Shown: piece after piece, positions 50,162-59,062 of the stretch | Layout: each line of letters starts with the position of its first letter | How positions within the stretch are numbered: the first letter of the stretch is position 1 | Assembly: GCA_963796105.1 (NCBI GenBank) | Contig: CAWCKJ010000014.1 | Span: forward strand, 1-64,000 | Direction: 5' to 3' | Length of the DNA: 64,000 bases | Source: a candidate division FCPU426 bacterium | Lineage (GTDB): Bacteria > Oederibacteriota > Muellerivitia > Muellerivitales > Muellerivitaceae | Notes under the pieces: model-generated | Told to the model about the DNA's origin: nothing | Seen by the model: only the letters and a program-made list of their open reading frames with translations | Database searches by the model: none | Position numbers and translations under genes: made by a program

Positions 50162-50380
50162 ATGGGCGAAATTACTTTTAAAGGCCGTAAAGTTGCGAAG
50201 ACTGGACCTACGACCTATGTTAGCTTCCCCGAACAAGCCCTTCAAGCTTTAGGTTGGAAAGCCGGTGAAAGAGTTGACCTTATTATTCGAAATGGCGAGG
50301 CCGTTATCAGGCCACAAGAGCGCCAGGAGGAATTAAAACTTTTAACACTGAGTAAAAAACAAAAAGCCCGGAAGCGTTAA
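50162..50380 (+). CDS. AbrB/MazE-family DNA-binding protein
   Basis: KVAKTG...VSFP....ALGWKAGERV...VIRP. Confidence 0.8.
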   Translation: MGEITFKGRKVAKTGPTTYVSFPEQALQALGWKAGERVDLIIRNGEAVIRPQERQEELKLLTLSKKQKARKR

Positions 50381-50610
50381 CTCCCGGGCTTTTTTCGTTT
50401 CTTCCGGCCGAACCTGAAAATTTCTCTTGGCGGAGGACTTCAGATTTGGCTTTAGTTGCTGACGCTACAGGTGCGCCTTGCGGGCCCTTTTGCGTCTGGA
50501 CACTCACTTGGGGCCTTTCCTTGGCGGGGCCGGTCCCTACGGTGAAGCCATTGAGGATATTTTAGTCCCTGGCTTCCGGGTGTCAATACCCTTTTTACGC
50601 CAGGAGCTTA

Positions 50611-51762
50611 ATGCAGGACAAAGAGCAGCCAATACGCATACTTACCCAGTTAAAGCCTAACTATGCTGGGATACCACACCTTATTTTCGACCTCTACGGG
50701 CCTGGCATGGGCAAGGCCGGTTGGGGTTATGCCCTTCTTATCCGTTTTATAAATTGGTCCACTTCTGAAACAAAAACGAGCCTCCGGGTATTAGCCGAAA
50801 CGGGCGGGGTCGATCCCGAAACTATACAAAGATGGGCTATACACCTTGAAAATCTTGGCCTTATTAAAATCACCCCAGGGGACAACACCAGGCCAACCGC
50901 CTATATGATTTTACTTCCCCCACTTCCGGCACCGGACCACATCGTTCAGAAATTCTTTCCCAAGAACTGGACTATACCAGAGAGAGCCAAAGAGCCCCTC
51001 GAATTACTCTTATTTAACTTGAATTTTGGAGGCATACCACAAGAGAAGGGGGGTAAGACTAAGGGTGTAGGCACTATGCCTACACAATCAAGGAGTTCTC
51101 AACTACCATCAAATGGTGTCGGCACTATGCCTACACATGGGTTGGAAGAGGTGTCGGCATCGGGCCCCCCTGGTGGTGGCACCATGCCTACAGGGCGTCC
51201 GGATGATGCCCACACGGTGTCGGCACCAGGCCTACAATACGATAAAGATAAAATAAAGACTAAACTAACTAACCCCGTTTACGAATCTTTTTTGAATATT
51301 AGTTTAGACAAACTTAAAAACAAAGCCCCTGAGATATCCCTTAACGACCTCGAGGACTGCTTTTACAAGTGCCTGAATTTAATGAACGACGACGTAGAAG
51401 CGGCAAAGGAATATTTCGAGGAAAAGGTCCGGGTTGTCTTAGAGCATAAGAACACGGACGACGTTAAGGGTTTATTATGGGTTGCGATTGAAAAGGATTG
51501 GAAACCTAAAATATCAACTAAAGCAAAAATGGAAGCTGAAATACGAAGAAGGGAACAAGAGGAAAAAGATCGAATCGAAACAGACGAACTTTTGAGGAAA
51601 TCGAACCTAAAAGCTGGAATCGAGGAAATTTTAGCGACATTCAATTTCGCCACCGATCACTTGAAGAAAAAAGGGATTGATCCCATCGAGCATATTAAGA
51701 AAACGTACAAGGGAAACCCGAATTTAGACGAAGTTTTAAACAAACTTAAAGGGAAGGGGTGA
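50611..51762 (+). CDS. putative replication initiator (wHTH, internal iteron-like repeats)
   Basis: SLRVLAETGGVDPETIQRWAIHLENLGLI HTH; internal GGCAC.ATGCCTACA repeats; upstream of parAB. Confidence 0.6.
   Translation: MQDKEQPIRILTQLKPNYAGIPHLIFDLYGPGMGKAGWGYALLIRFINWSTSETKTSLRVLAETGGVDPETIQRWAIHLENLGLIKITPGDNTRPTAYMILLPPLPAPDHIVQKFFPKNWTIPERAKEPLELLLFNLNFGGIPQEKGGKTKGVGTMPTQSRSSQLPSNGVGTMPTHGLEEVSASGPPGGGTMPTGRPDDAHTVSAPGLQYDKDKIKTKLTNPVYESFLNISLDKLKNKAPEISLNDLEDCFYKCLNLMNDDVEAAKEYFEEKVRVVLEHKNTDDVKGLLWVAIEKDWKPKISTKAKMEAEIRRREQEEKDRIETDELLRKSNLKAGIEEILATFNFATDHLKKKGIDPIEHIKKTYKGNPNLDEVLNKLKGKG
51064..51238 (+). repeat. iteron-like repeats inside rep
   Basis: GGTGT(A/C)GGCAC(T/C)ATGCCTACA variants at about 51064, 51115, 51150, 51172 and 51216. 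Confidence 0.65.
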
Positions 51763-51766
51763 GGGT

Positions 51767-52810
51767 ATGGCGAGGAAGATCGCGGTATATAACAAAAAGG
51801 GGGGCGTGGGGAAAACAACCATTTCCGTTAATTTGGCCGCGACTATCGCGGCTAAAAAAGATCCAGCCGGCAACCCCCTATACCGCGTTTTATACATTGA
51901 CGCCGATCAACAACAAAACGCTTCTGATTTGTTGGGCGTCGGAAGCGATTTTCGCGATGAAGCCGATAAAGACAAACATTTAGGAACTGTACTCAAAGGC
52001 GGCAGTATCCAGGACGCCGTCATAACTTATAAAATGCGGAAATACCTTCCCATCAACGCCAAAGGCGATGATATTTTTTACACGGACCAATGGGCCGGTT
52101 ATGAAGACGACGGAAAAGAGAAAATAAACAGGAAAAAGTTTCGTTACGTTGAAATACCTAATTTTCAAATAATCCCGGCTTATTCCAGCATTGAAACTGA
52201 TTTGCCGCCCACTGGGGGGGATTACACGAAGTTAGTCCAGGCTATAGCGCGGGAAGGCTTTCAGGACCTCGTCAAGGGCGATTTGATGGACGAGGATATT
52301 TTCAGGACGAGCCTTCACCCTAATTTGTTGCATGAGAAAATCTTGGAGGTGGAGGATTTATACGACTACATTATCTTTGATTGTCCCCCTTCCTGGGACC
52401 GCCTATCCAAAATGTCGGTCATTGCCTCCGAACAACTCATCATTCCCCTTAAACCCGGCGAGTTCGAGAGGCTTGGGGTCATCCGGGTCATGGACCAGTT
52501 ATCGGCCTTGAAAGCGACCTACGGCCGATGCCCGGACCTGATTTTCGCCGTAATGAACATGATGCGGGGGAACGTAAAAAAACACGAGGCTTACCATTTG
52601 AAAAACTTCAAGGAACTGAAAAGCCTCGTGGCCAGGGTGGCCGTTCCCCTGACGGAGGAAGTCATTAACTCGCAAATCGAGCAGGTTCCTTTCGCTTTTT
52701 GGCCGGAAAAATATCCTGTCATGGCCAAGGAAGTTTTTGAGGTTCTTTTCAAGGAAGTGGAAGGGCGTTTCAAGGCACTTACAAAACAAAAGGAGACCGT
52801 CAATGGTTAA
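51767..52810 (+). CDS. parA: ParA/Soj-family ATPase
   Basis: KKGGVGKTT, IDADQQ.NAS and YDYIIFDCPP motifs. Confidence 0.92.
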   Translation: MARKIAVYNKKGGVGKTTISVNLAATIAAKKDPAGNPLYRVLYIDADQQQNASDLLGVGSDFRDEADKDKHLGTVLKGGSIQDAVITYKMRKYLPINAKGDDIFYTDQWAGYEDDGKEKINRKKFRYVEIPNFQIIPAYSSIETDLPPTGGDYTKLVQAIAREGFQDLVKGDLMDEDIFRTSLHPNLLHEKILEVEDLYDYIIFDCPPSWDRLSKMSVIASEQLIIPLKPGEFERLGVIRVMDQLSALKATYGRCPDLIFAVMNMMRGNVKKHEAYHLKNFKELKSLVARVAVPLTEEVINSQIEQVPFAFWPEKYPVMAKEVFEVLFKEVEGRFKALTKQKETVNG

Positions 52811-53795
52811 AGTTAAATCCCTTAACGATGTTTCGTCGGAAAAGCTTAACGGTATTTTTGGCGGCGGCGACGGAGCTCCCACGGAAGTAAAAGAGATTAA
52901 CACCCCCGAGGAGCTCAAGATCAATTTCCGCAAGGATGTTATTTATTCGATACCCGCGGAGTGGTTCGACATCGAGGATAAAACTTTCTCGACCAGGTCC
53001 AAGAAGATCCAGGAACATATCGACTCCATGAAGGAAAGCATAAAGAGCCAGGGGCAGCAGGAGCCGGTCAAGGCCCGCTTAAAAGACGGGAATAAACTCC
53101 AAATCGTTATGGGGTGGACCAGGGTTTTTGCCTGCCTCGAATTAGGCTTCAAGGTCCAGACTATGGTTACCGACGCGGACGAAAGGACCTGCAAAGTTTG
53201 GGCCTTGATCGAAAATATCCAACGGAACGAATTGGAGGGATATGACAAAGCCAGGAAAGTTAAGGAGCTATTGGATGATAATTTCACGGTGGAGGAAGTT
53301 TCCCAATTTATCGGTGTTTCCTCCAAAAGTTATGTTTACACCCTGAATCGGATCTTTAATTATCCCGTTATCCTTAACGCCCTCAAGGATTCGGTCATCA
53401 ATGAAACTGCGGCCAGGGTTTTATCCACTACGGTTTCTTCCAAAAACATTCCGGAGGATTTGCAAAAGAAAGCCATTGAATACTTATCGGCCGAAAAATT
53501 AAAAATCGCGGATTTGGAATATTTTTTGGATAGGGGCGGGGAATTACCGGGAGTTTCTGCGGCGTCACCGGAGAATCCGGATCTGAAAACGCCTTCTAAG
53601 GGAAAGAAAAAGGGGTCGAGCGACGATTCGGGAATTAAATCCTATTTCAAGAAATTCAACGACGGAAAAATTTCTTTTTCCGCGCGGGCCGTCCCGGGGA
53701 AATCCGATATTAAGGAACTTAAGAAGATTCGAACCGAAGCGTTAAAATTTGTCGAAAGCCTTGAGAAAATTATTTCCAAAAACGGAAGTAAGTAA
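52803..53795 (+). CDS. parB: ParB/Spo0J-family protein
   Basis: SIKSQGQQEPV, IVMGWTR, ALIENIQR.EL and an HTH. Confidence 0.88.
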   Translation: MVKVKSLNDVSSEKLNGIFGGGDGAPTEVKEINTPEELKINFRKDVIYSIPAEWFDIEDKTFSTRSKKIQEHIDSMKESIKSQGQQEPVKARLKDGNKLQIVMGWTRVFACLELGFKVQTMVTDADERTCKVWALIENIQRNELEGYDKARKVKELLDDNFTVEEVSQFIGVSSKSYVYTLNRIFNYPVILNALKDSVINETAARVLSTTVSSKNIPEDLQKKAIEYLSAEKLKIADLEYFLDRGGELPGVSAASPENPDLKTPSKGKKKGSSDDSGIKSYFKKFNDGKISFSARAVPGKSDIKELKKIRTEALKFVESLEKIISKNGSK

Positions 53796-55690
53796 TGCTG
53801 TCTGAAGTCTATTCGATCCTTATTTGGGTCCTTGGCGGTTATTCAGCGATTATTTATGTATTGGAAGCTCTTGGGGTTTACTCCCAGGGCTTGGGTTTTT
53901 TGGATCCCATAACCACTTTTTTGGCTTTATACGCTTCTTTCCGGCTTGGGAAAAATAAAAACCTATCCCCCCTTCAAAAATCGGCGGCAGTATGCCCGGC
54001 GGTACTTTTTTTAAGGCACGCTTTTTCCGTCCTTCCGGAAAATCCTTTCACGGCCATTATCTCGATAATCGCTTTGGTCGTTACCGCCCTAGCCCTATAT
54101 ATGCTCTTGGGAAAAGTTCCGGCTAAAAAGAACGAGCCCAAGGCGTTTCCCGATGAATTGGGACTCTATCCCATTTGCTTAAGCGAGGAAGGGAACCACT
54201 GGATTACGACGAAGCAGGTGGTCGAGCACGTCCAGGTGATCGGGAAGTCCGGGAGCGGCAAATCCGTCTCGTATTTCCACAACGCCAAGTACCAGGCCAT
54301 TAAACAGGGCAAAGGATGCTTTTCTTTCGACGCCAAGAGCGAGGAACTGCCGATGATGGCGTACTACGCCCAGGAAGCCGGGAGAATATCTGACTTCATC
54401 CCTTTTGATTTGCGTTACCCCGATAGGAGCCCGAAAATCAACCCGTTGGCCTGGTTCAAGGACAACGGCGAGGGGCAGATGGTCCCGGACGTGGACCTGG
54501 TGACCAACATCGCCAGGCAGTCCGTTTATTTCATGAACAAGACCAAGGACGATTTTTTCGAGAACTCGGGGAAGGAATTCATAAAAAACCTCACCGGGTT
54601 GTTCCTGCGCGAATTCCCGGTGATCACTTATTTCGACTACTATCAAGTCGTAGCAAACGAAATCGAGTCCTTCGAGTCCGTCAGGGCCTTATGCGATAAA
54701 TACCCCGAAACCTTGGAGGCGCAATATTTCAAACAGCATTGGTCCGCCATGTCGGCCCAGGAACGCCGGTACGTCCTTTCCGGGCTTTTAAACCTGCTCT
54801 CGTCGTTCGTGACGGGGGCGTGGGCTCCGTTATTGAATTCCAAGACCCCCAACTACCTGATTTCGGAAATAGTCCAAACGAACAAGATTTTCCACTTTGG
54901 CGCGGCCGCGCTTTTGTTCCCCGTCGATTACCGGAAAATAAGTTGCGCGTTCTTAATCGGGTTGATGGGCGAGGCCGGGCGGCGGTCGGAAAAACCGCAA
55001 AGGATTCCTTTCGATTTTTTCCTGGACGAATTTTCGTCGATTGCCTATCCGGGCTTCGAGGATATCGTCGAGAAGGTGAGAAGCACGGATATCGGGGTCC
55101 ATTTGGGGCACCAAAGCCTGGGGGATCTCCTGAGGGCGGGAGGCCCCGCCTTCCAGGAAGCCATCCTTGACAACACCACGACCAAGATCTTTTTCAGGAT
55201 CATGTCCGACGAAACGGCCGACCGTTGCGCGAAAATCGTGGGGACTCAAACAGCCGAAGCTTACCGGGTGCGATCCGTCAGGACCAACGCGGGTATCTTG
55301 GGGGGCGAGCAAGAAGCGGGAGCGACGATAAAGGAGAGGGACAAAGAATTCATAATGCCCCCGGATGAATTCAAGAACCTGAAAAAAGGAGAAGCCATTT
55401 GCCTTCTGACTTACAAGAAGGGGATTGCGCGGTTCAAGCTTCAATTCGACATGGCCCCGGCCGTGCCGGCTACTTTTGATTTCATGGACGTAGTGGGGCT
55501 CAAGAATTACAACAAGGATCAACCCGAAAAAAGTTTGCCCTATAAAAGACCGGTTAAAATTCCTAAAATCGAGATATCGGAGCAGGGAAAACCAGCTTTC
55601 CAGAAGGATCCTGTTTTCCAAAACATGGAGAAGTTGAAGAAGGAAATTAAAAACCAACGCAAGCCGAAACCATTGGAAAAAGAACCGTAA
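53795..55690 (+). CDS. type IV coupling protein (VirD4/TraD-like)
   Basis: N-terminal TMs; GKSGSGKS, FDAK, FFLDEF and HQSLGDL motifs. Confidence 0.9.
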   Translation: MLSEVYSILIWVLGGYSAIIYVLEALGVYSQGLGFLDPITTFLALYASFRLGKNKNLSPLQKSAAVCPAVLFLRHAFSVLPENPFTAIISIIALVVTALALYMLLGKVPAKKNEPKAFPDELGLYPICLSEEGNHWITTKQVVEHVQVIGKSGSGKSVSYFHNAKYQAIKQGKGCFSFDAKSEELPMMAYYAQEAGRISDFIPFDLRYPDRSPKINPLAWFKDNGEGQMVPDVDLVTNIARQSVYFMNKTKDDFFENSGKEFIKNLTGLFLREFPVITYFDYYQVVANEIESFESVRALCDKYPETLEAQYFKQHWSAMSAQERRYVLSGLLNLLSSFVTGAWAPLLNSKTPNYLISEIVQTNKIFHFGAAALLFPVDYRKISCAFLIGLMGEAGRRSEKPQRIPFDFFLDEFSSIAYPGFEDIVEKVRSTDIGVHLGHQSLGDLLRAGGPAFQEAILDNTTTKIFFRIMSDETADRCAKIVGTQTAEAYRVRSVRTNAGILGGEQEAGATIKERDKEFIMPPDEFKNLKKGEAICLLTYKKGIARFKLQFDMAPAVPATFDFMDVVGLKNYNKDQPEKSLPYKRPVKIPKIEISEQGKPAFQKDPVFQNMEKLKKEIKNQRKPKPLEKEP

Positions 55691-55697
55691 GAAAAGA

Positions 55698-56534
55698 ATG
55701 AAAAATCTTAGGCCGTCCGATTTGGAAAAACTCGTATTTATTCACAGCAACAGGAACATTACGCCCCTTCTTTTCCACCAAAAATACTTCAAAAACAAGT
55801 CAATGAGGATGGCGCAAAAACAGCTTAAATTTTACGCTGAAAAGGGTTATTTAAAACCTTTCCAAACCAGTAAATTTTTCAAAATGATTTACGTGCTTAC
55901 GGATTCGGCCATCAAGGAACTCACGGAAAGTTACTTGCTATTGGCCAAGAACTTGCGCCCCGCCAAGATAAGCCTTAGAACCCAACAACACCACGAAAGG
56001 GTCACGGAATTAAGGATTTCCTTTGAGTCCAACCCTGATTTTGATGACGTTTTTTTTGTGACGGATTTTGAGTTTATGCAGGGCATCAACCGGGAGACTA
56101 AATGGAATTACTACAGGGATTCCGGAGTTGAAAAGCGAAAGGAATTCTTGAAAGAATGGAAACCCAACCCGAAGGATCAAAAACTAAGATACCCTGACGG
56201 ATATTTCGATGCGGTGGTCAAAGGTGAATCAAAACCTTTCGTACTTGAATACGAACACTTCCCTTATTCAAGGGATAGGATTTTTTCGGTGGTGGACCAC
56301 ATTGAAAGGGAATACCCGGATGCCACGAAAGTACTGGTATGCAGGGATCAAAAAAGGATTGAACTGCTCGAAATGGGAATCGTTGGAGCGATAACAAGTA
56401 CAAAAAGAAAATTCGCTTTCAATACGCCCTGGCTAATAAGCTATTTTGAAAAGGCGATTTCCGAACCTTTTTTTACGGCTTTTAGGCCGATAAAAACGGA
56501 TAAATTAACCAATGATTTGTCAAATAAGTTATAA
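55698..56534 (+). CDS. replication-relaxation family protein (putative relaxase)
   Basis: wHTH then Y.LT, HH..V, PDG and LEYE motifs; directly after the coupling protein. Confidence 0.7.
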   Translation: MKNLRPSDLEKLVFIHSNRNITPLLFHQKYFKNKSMRMAQKQLKFYAEKGYLKPFQTSKFFKMIYVLTDSAIKELTESYLLLAKNLRPAKISLRTQQHHERVTELRISFESNPDFDDVFFVTDFEFMQGINRETKWNYYRDSGVEKRKEFLKEWKPNPKDQKLRYPDGYFDAVVKGESKPFVLEYEHFPYSRDRIFSVVDHIEREYPDATKVLVCRDQKRIELLEMGIVGAITSTKRKFAFNTPWLISYFEKAISEPFFTAFRPIKTDKLTNDLSNKL

Positions 56535-56599
56535 AAGTGCTCTAAGAGCAATTCTAAACGGTTCGTACCGTGCGAACTCTTTTGTATCAAAAAAACTAT

Positions 56600-56935
56600 A
56601 TAAAATCATGCTAAACATGATGTTTCACGCGCCCGACCCCACTCACTCTGCATCACTTTGTTCTGCAATTCGACTGAGTGGGGTCGGGCGTGTGAAACGT
56701 TTAGCATGATTTTATGATTTTTTGATGAAAGTATTATTAGTATGAAAGAAATAAAGATACCCTTCCGTAGGTTTCCCATATTTGGGAAACCTTGCCCCTA
56801 TTATCCCCACGGGGATTCCAAAGGGGGCTTCGCCCCTTTGGAGATTCCCCTAGAAGATCATTTCACTCATGAGCGGTGAAATGGGGCCTGGCTTGGCCAG
56901 GCCTTGAAGGTAGATTCCCGTACCGGGAATCCTCA
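56600..56935. other. candidate oriT / hairpin cluster
   Basis: Long imperfect inverted repeat 56600-56715 plus five short hairpins, right after the relaxase gene. Confidence 0.45.
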
Positions 56936-56954
56936 TTGAAGGAGGATTTAAACG

Positions 56955-57173
56955 ATGTGGCATAAAATTTTGTGTTGTGACGAAAGAGGCTTTTATCACT
57001 ATTTTTTAAAAGACGCTGAAAGGAGCCTTTGCAAAAGGTTCAAATTGGAAGAAGTTGAGGGCAAAGGCTTGGAATCGGATGCGGTAATTAAACCGTCGAA
57101 GTGCGATGAGTGCGTAGTAAAACTACCTATGATTCTGAATGAAGTAACCTTGGTTCCAAGCGTGGAGACGTAA
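56955..57173 (+). CDS. small Cys/His protein
   Basis: AGGAGG RBS; H...SLC...C..C pattern. Confidence 0.6.
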   Translation: MWHKILCCDERGFYHYFLKDAERSLCKRFKLEEVEGKGLESDAVIKPSKCDECVVKLPMILNEVTLVPSVET

Positions 57174-57241
57174 AGAAAAATCTTTTCATACGAGGAAGAA
57201 ACGAATGAAGAAGATTTTTCAAAAGAATTCCCCGCGAATAA

Positions 57242-57269
57242 ATTTCCTATAATAACGGTTATACCAAAT
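57242..57269. other. dif-like site 1
   Basis: ATTTCCTATAA-TAACGG-TTATACCAAAT (11-6-11). Confidence 0.5.
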
Positions 57270-57306
57270 TTCTTGACAACAATACTGACAAAATGACCTA
57301 GAAGGT

Positions 57307-57564
57307 GTGGCTAAGATGGAAAAATTAAAACTTCTCTACACCGAGGAACGGCTGATTCAAGGCAACAACTACCGAATGGAGATCCTTCAGATTTTCGCGG
57401 GTTTAGTCCGGGGGACCAAAAGGTGCAAGGTTTACGAGTTGGTCAGGGGCGCTTGGATTCTCCGGGATGAGTTCCAGGCGGAAGATTCCGGTGGCGAAGG
57501 CCTTACGGCCAAGACGTTCGAAGAAATTGCCGAGGGGTCGTGGGCCCTCTTTAAGGTGAAGTAA
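57307..57564 (+). CDS. hypothetical protein between the dif-like sites
   Basis: 85-aa ORF. Confidence 0.55.
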   Translation: MAKMEKLKLLYTEERLIQGNNYRMEILQIFAGLVRGTKRCKVYELVRGAWILRDEFQAEDSGGEGLTAKTFEEIAEGSWALFKVK

Positions 57565-57658
57565 AGGTGTTTTAGAATTCCATGAAAACGGCAAGGTCAT
57601 CAAAAGAGGCGTTAAGGATTTTTTTGGTGGTCGTTGAAAACAAATAACGCTTCCCTGG

Positions 57659-57686
57659 ATTTCATATAAACGTTGTTATATGAAAT
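57659..57686. other. dif-like site 2
   Basis: ATTTCATATAA-ACGTTG-TTATATGAAAT (11-6-11). Confidence 0.5.
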
Positions 57687-57978
57687 TCTTGACAAAATAG
57701 AAGTTGTTAAGAACTATATGCAAATGCTCTTAGAGCACTTTTCAAAAAACAACTTCTTACCTTAGTTTTCTCCGGAAAATTTTGGAATTTCATTCCATTT
57801 TCCGTTTTCTGGGTCGATTTTTTACTTAGAGGCCTATTTCTCTGTGGATTTTTTCTTTCCTTTACAAGTTTACATGGCTTCAATTTATTGGTTAAAAAGG
57901 AATACAGAAGTATTCCTTCCATTCTTGGCGGACCGTTCTATTTGATTGATTTTTAAGGTTCACTTTTCGGAGGTTACT

Positions 57979-58185
57979 ATGTCGAAGGTTAAGAAGGGTG
58001 ATGTGGTTTTTAATATTAACACAGGACGTTACGGTATTTTTCAGTCATTAGGCGTCGCAAAAACAATTACTAATGTTCCCTATGATGTTTGCCTAGTTAA
58101 GGTTAAAGATTCAAATATGAAGCGCGATGAGGTTTGGAAAATATCCGATACTTGCTTTGAGCAAGCACCGCGTTTTAAAGTCTAG
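57979..58185 (+). CDS. small SH3/KOW-like protein
   Basis: VKKGDVVF...TGRYGIF...EVW; GGAGG RBS. Confidence 0.6.
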   Translation: MSKVKKGDVVFNINTGRYGIFQSLGVAKTITNVPYDVCLVKVKDSNMKRDEVWKISDTCFEQAPRFKV

Positions 58186-58240
58186 CAGTGGGGGAAACGG
58201 GGCAGGGCGGGGAAAGGAACTTCACCCCTTCCCTGCCCCG

Positions 58241-59062
58241 AGCCGGTTCTTTCTGGAACCGGCACAGCCTATACTTGTGTCTCAACTTGAGGTTTCGCCA
58301 CAGGCGGGCCTTCCCCCTGGGTCGAGCTTCCCTTTCCAAAAACCGGAAAGGGTGATCTCTCCCACACCCCTTTCCATTGCGCCGGTTCTTAATGGAACCG
58401 GCACAACCAAGACTCGCATTTCGGCTTGTACCAACTTGCATTGAGTTGGCATTATCAATCGTCGCCCCTCACCTGGTGGGTGAGGGCGGATAATAAGCCT
58501 CAAGGCAGGTGGGCTTTCGCCCTTTCAATTCCCCGCCCTCCCACTTGGCCGGCCCAAAGGGCCTCTATCCTTATTGGTTCTTGGTTATTCCCTTTCATGT
58601 TGAAGCAGTTCCCTTTCGGCTCGGTTGGAGAGCCTCTTCCAAGCGGCGGTTCCACCCCCATTCGGGTCCCGGCGTTGCCCGAATGGGATAGCCCCCCGCC
58701 GATTGGACTCCCCTCTCAACCGGAAGCCGTAAGGGTGTGGCGGTTCCTCAAAACCCCTATCCCTCGACCGGATACTGTCCGTCGCAAGACAAAATCGCGC
58801 CGTACAGAATCCGTTCTCGGGAAAAAGCTTTTCAGCTTCCGGTTTCACCGGTCGGGTTTTTCGGGTGTTGCACTTCCCCACCCTCTTAACAAAAGATACT
58901 TGAAGAAAACCTCCCCTGGGGCGACGTCACCAACTCTTATAGAGTTGGCATTATCAATCGTCGTCCCTCTTTACCGAATCTTTGTATTAATGATTCGGCA
59001 CAACCAAGTCTCGTGTTTCGACTTGAAGTCTCAACACAGGGGTTGTGGGCGAGGACGGATAA
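58241..59062 (+). repeat. cluster of five two-hairpin elements (two nested pairs)
   Basis: 58241-58306; 58380-58508 containing 58429-58494; 58928-59062 containing 58972-59042. Confidence 0.75.
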
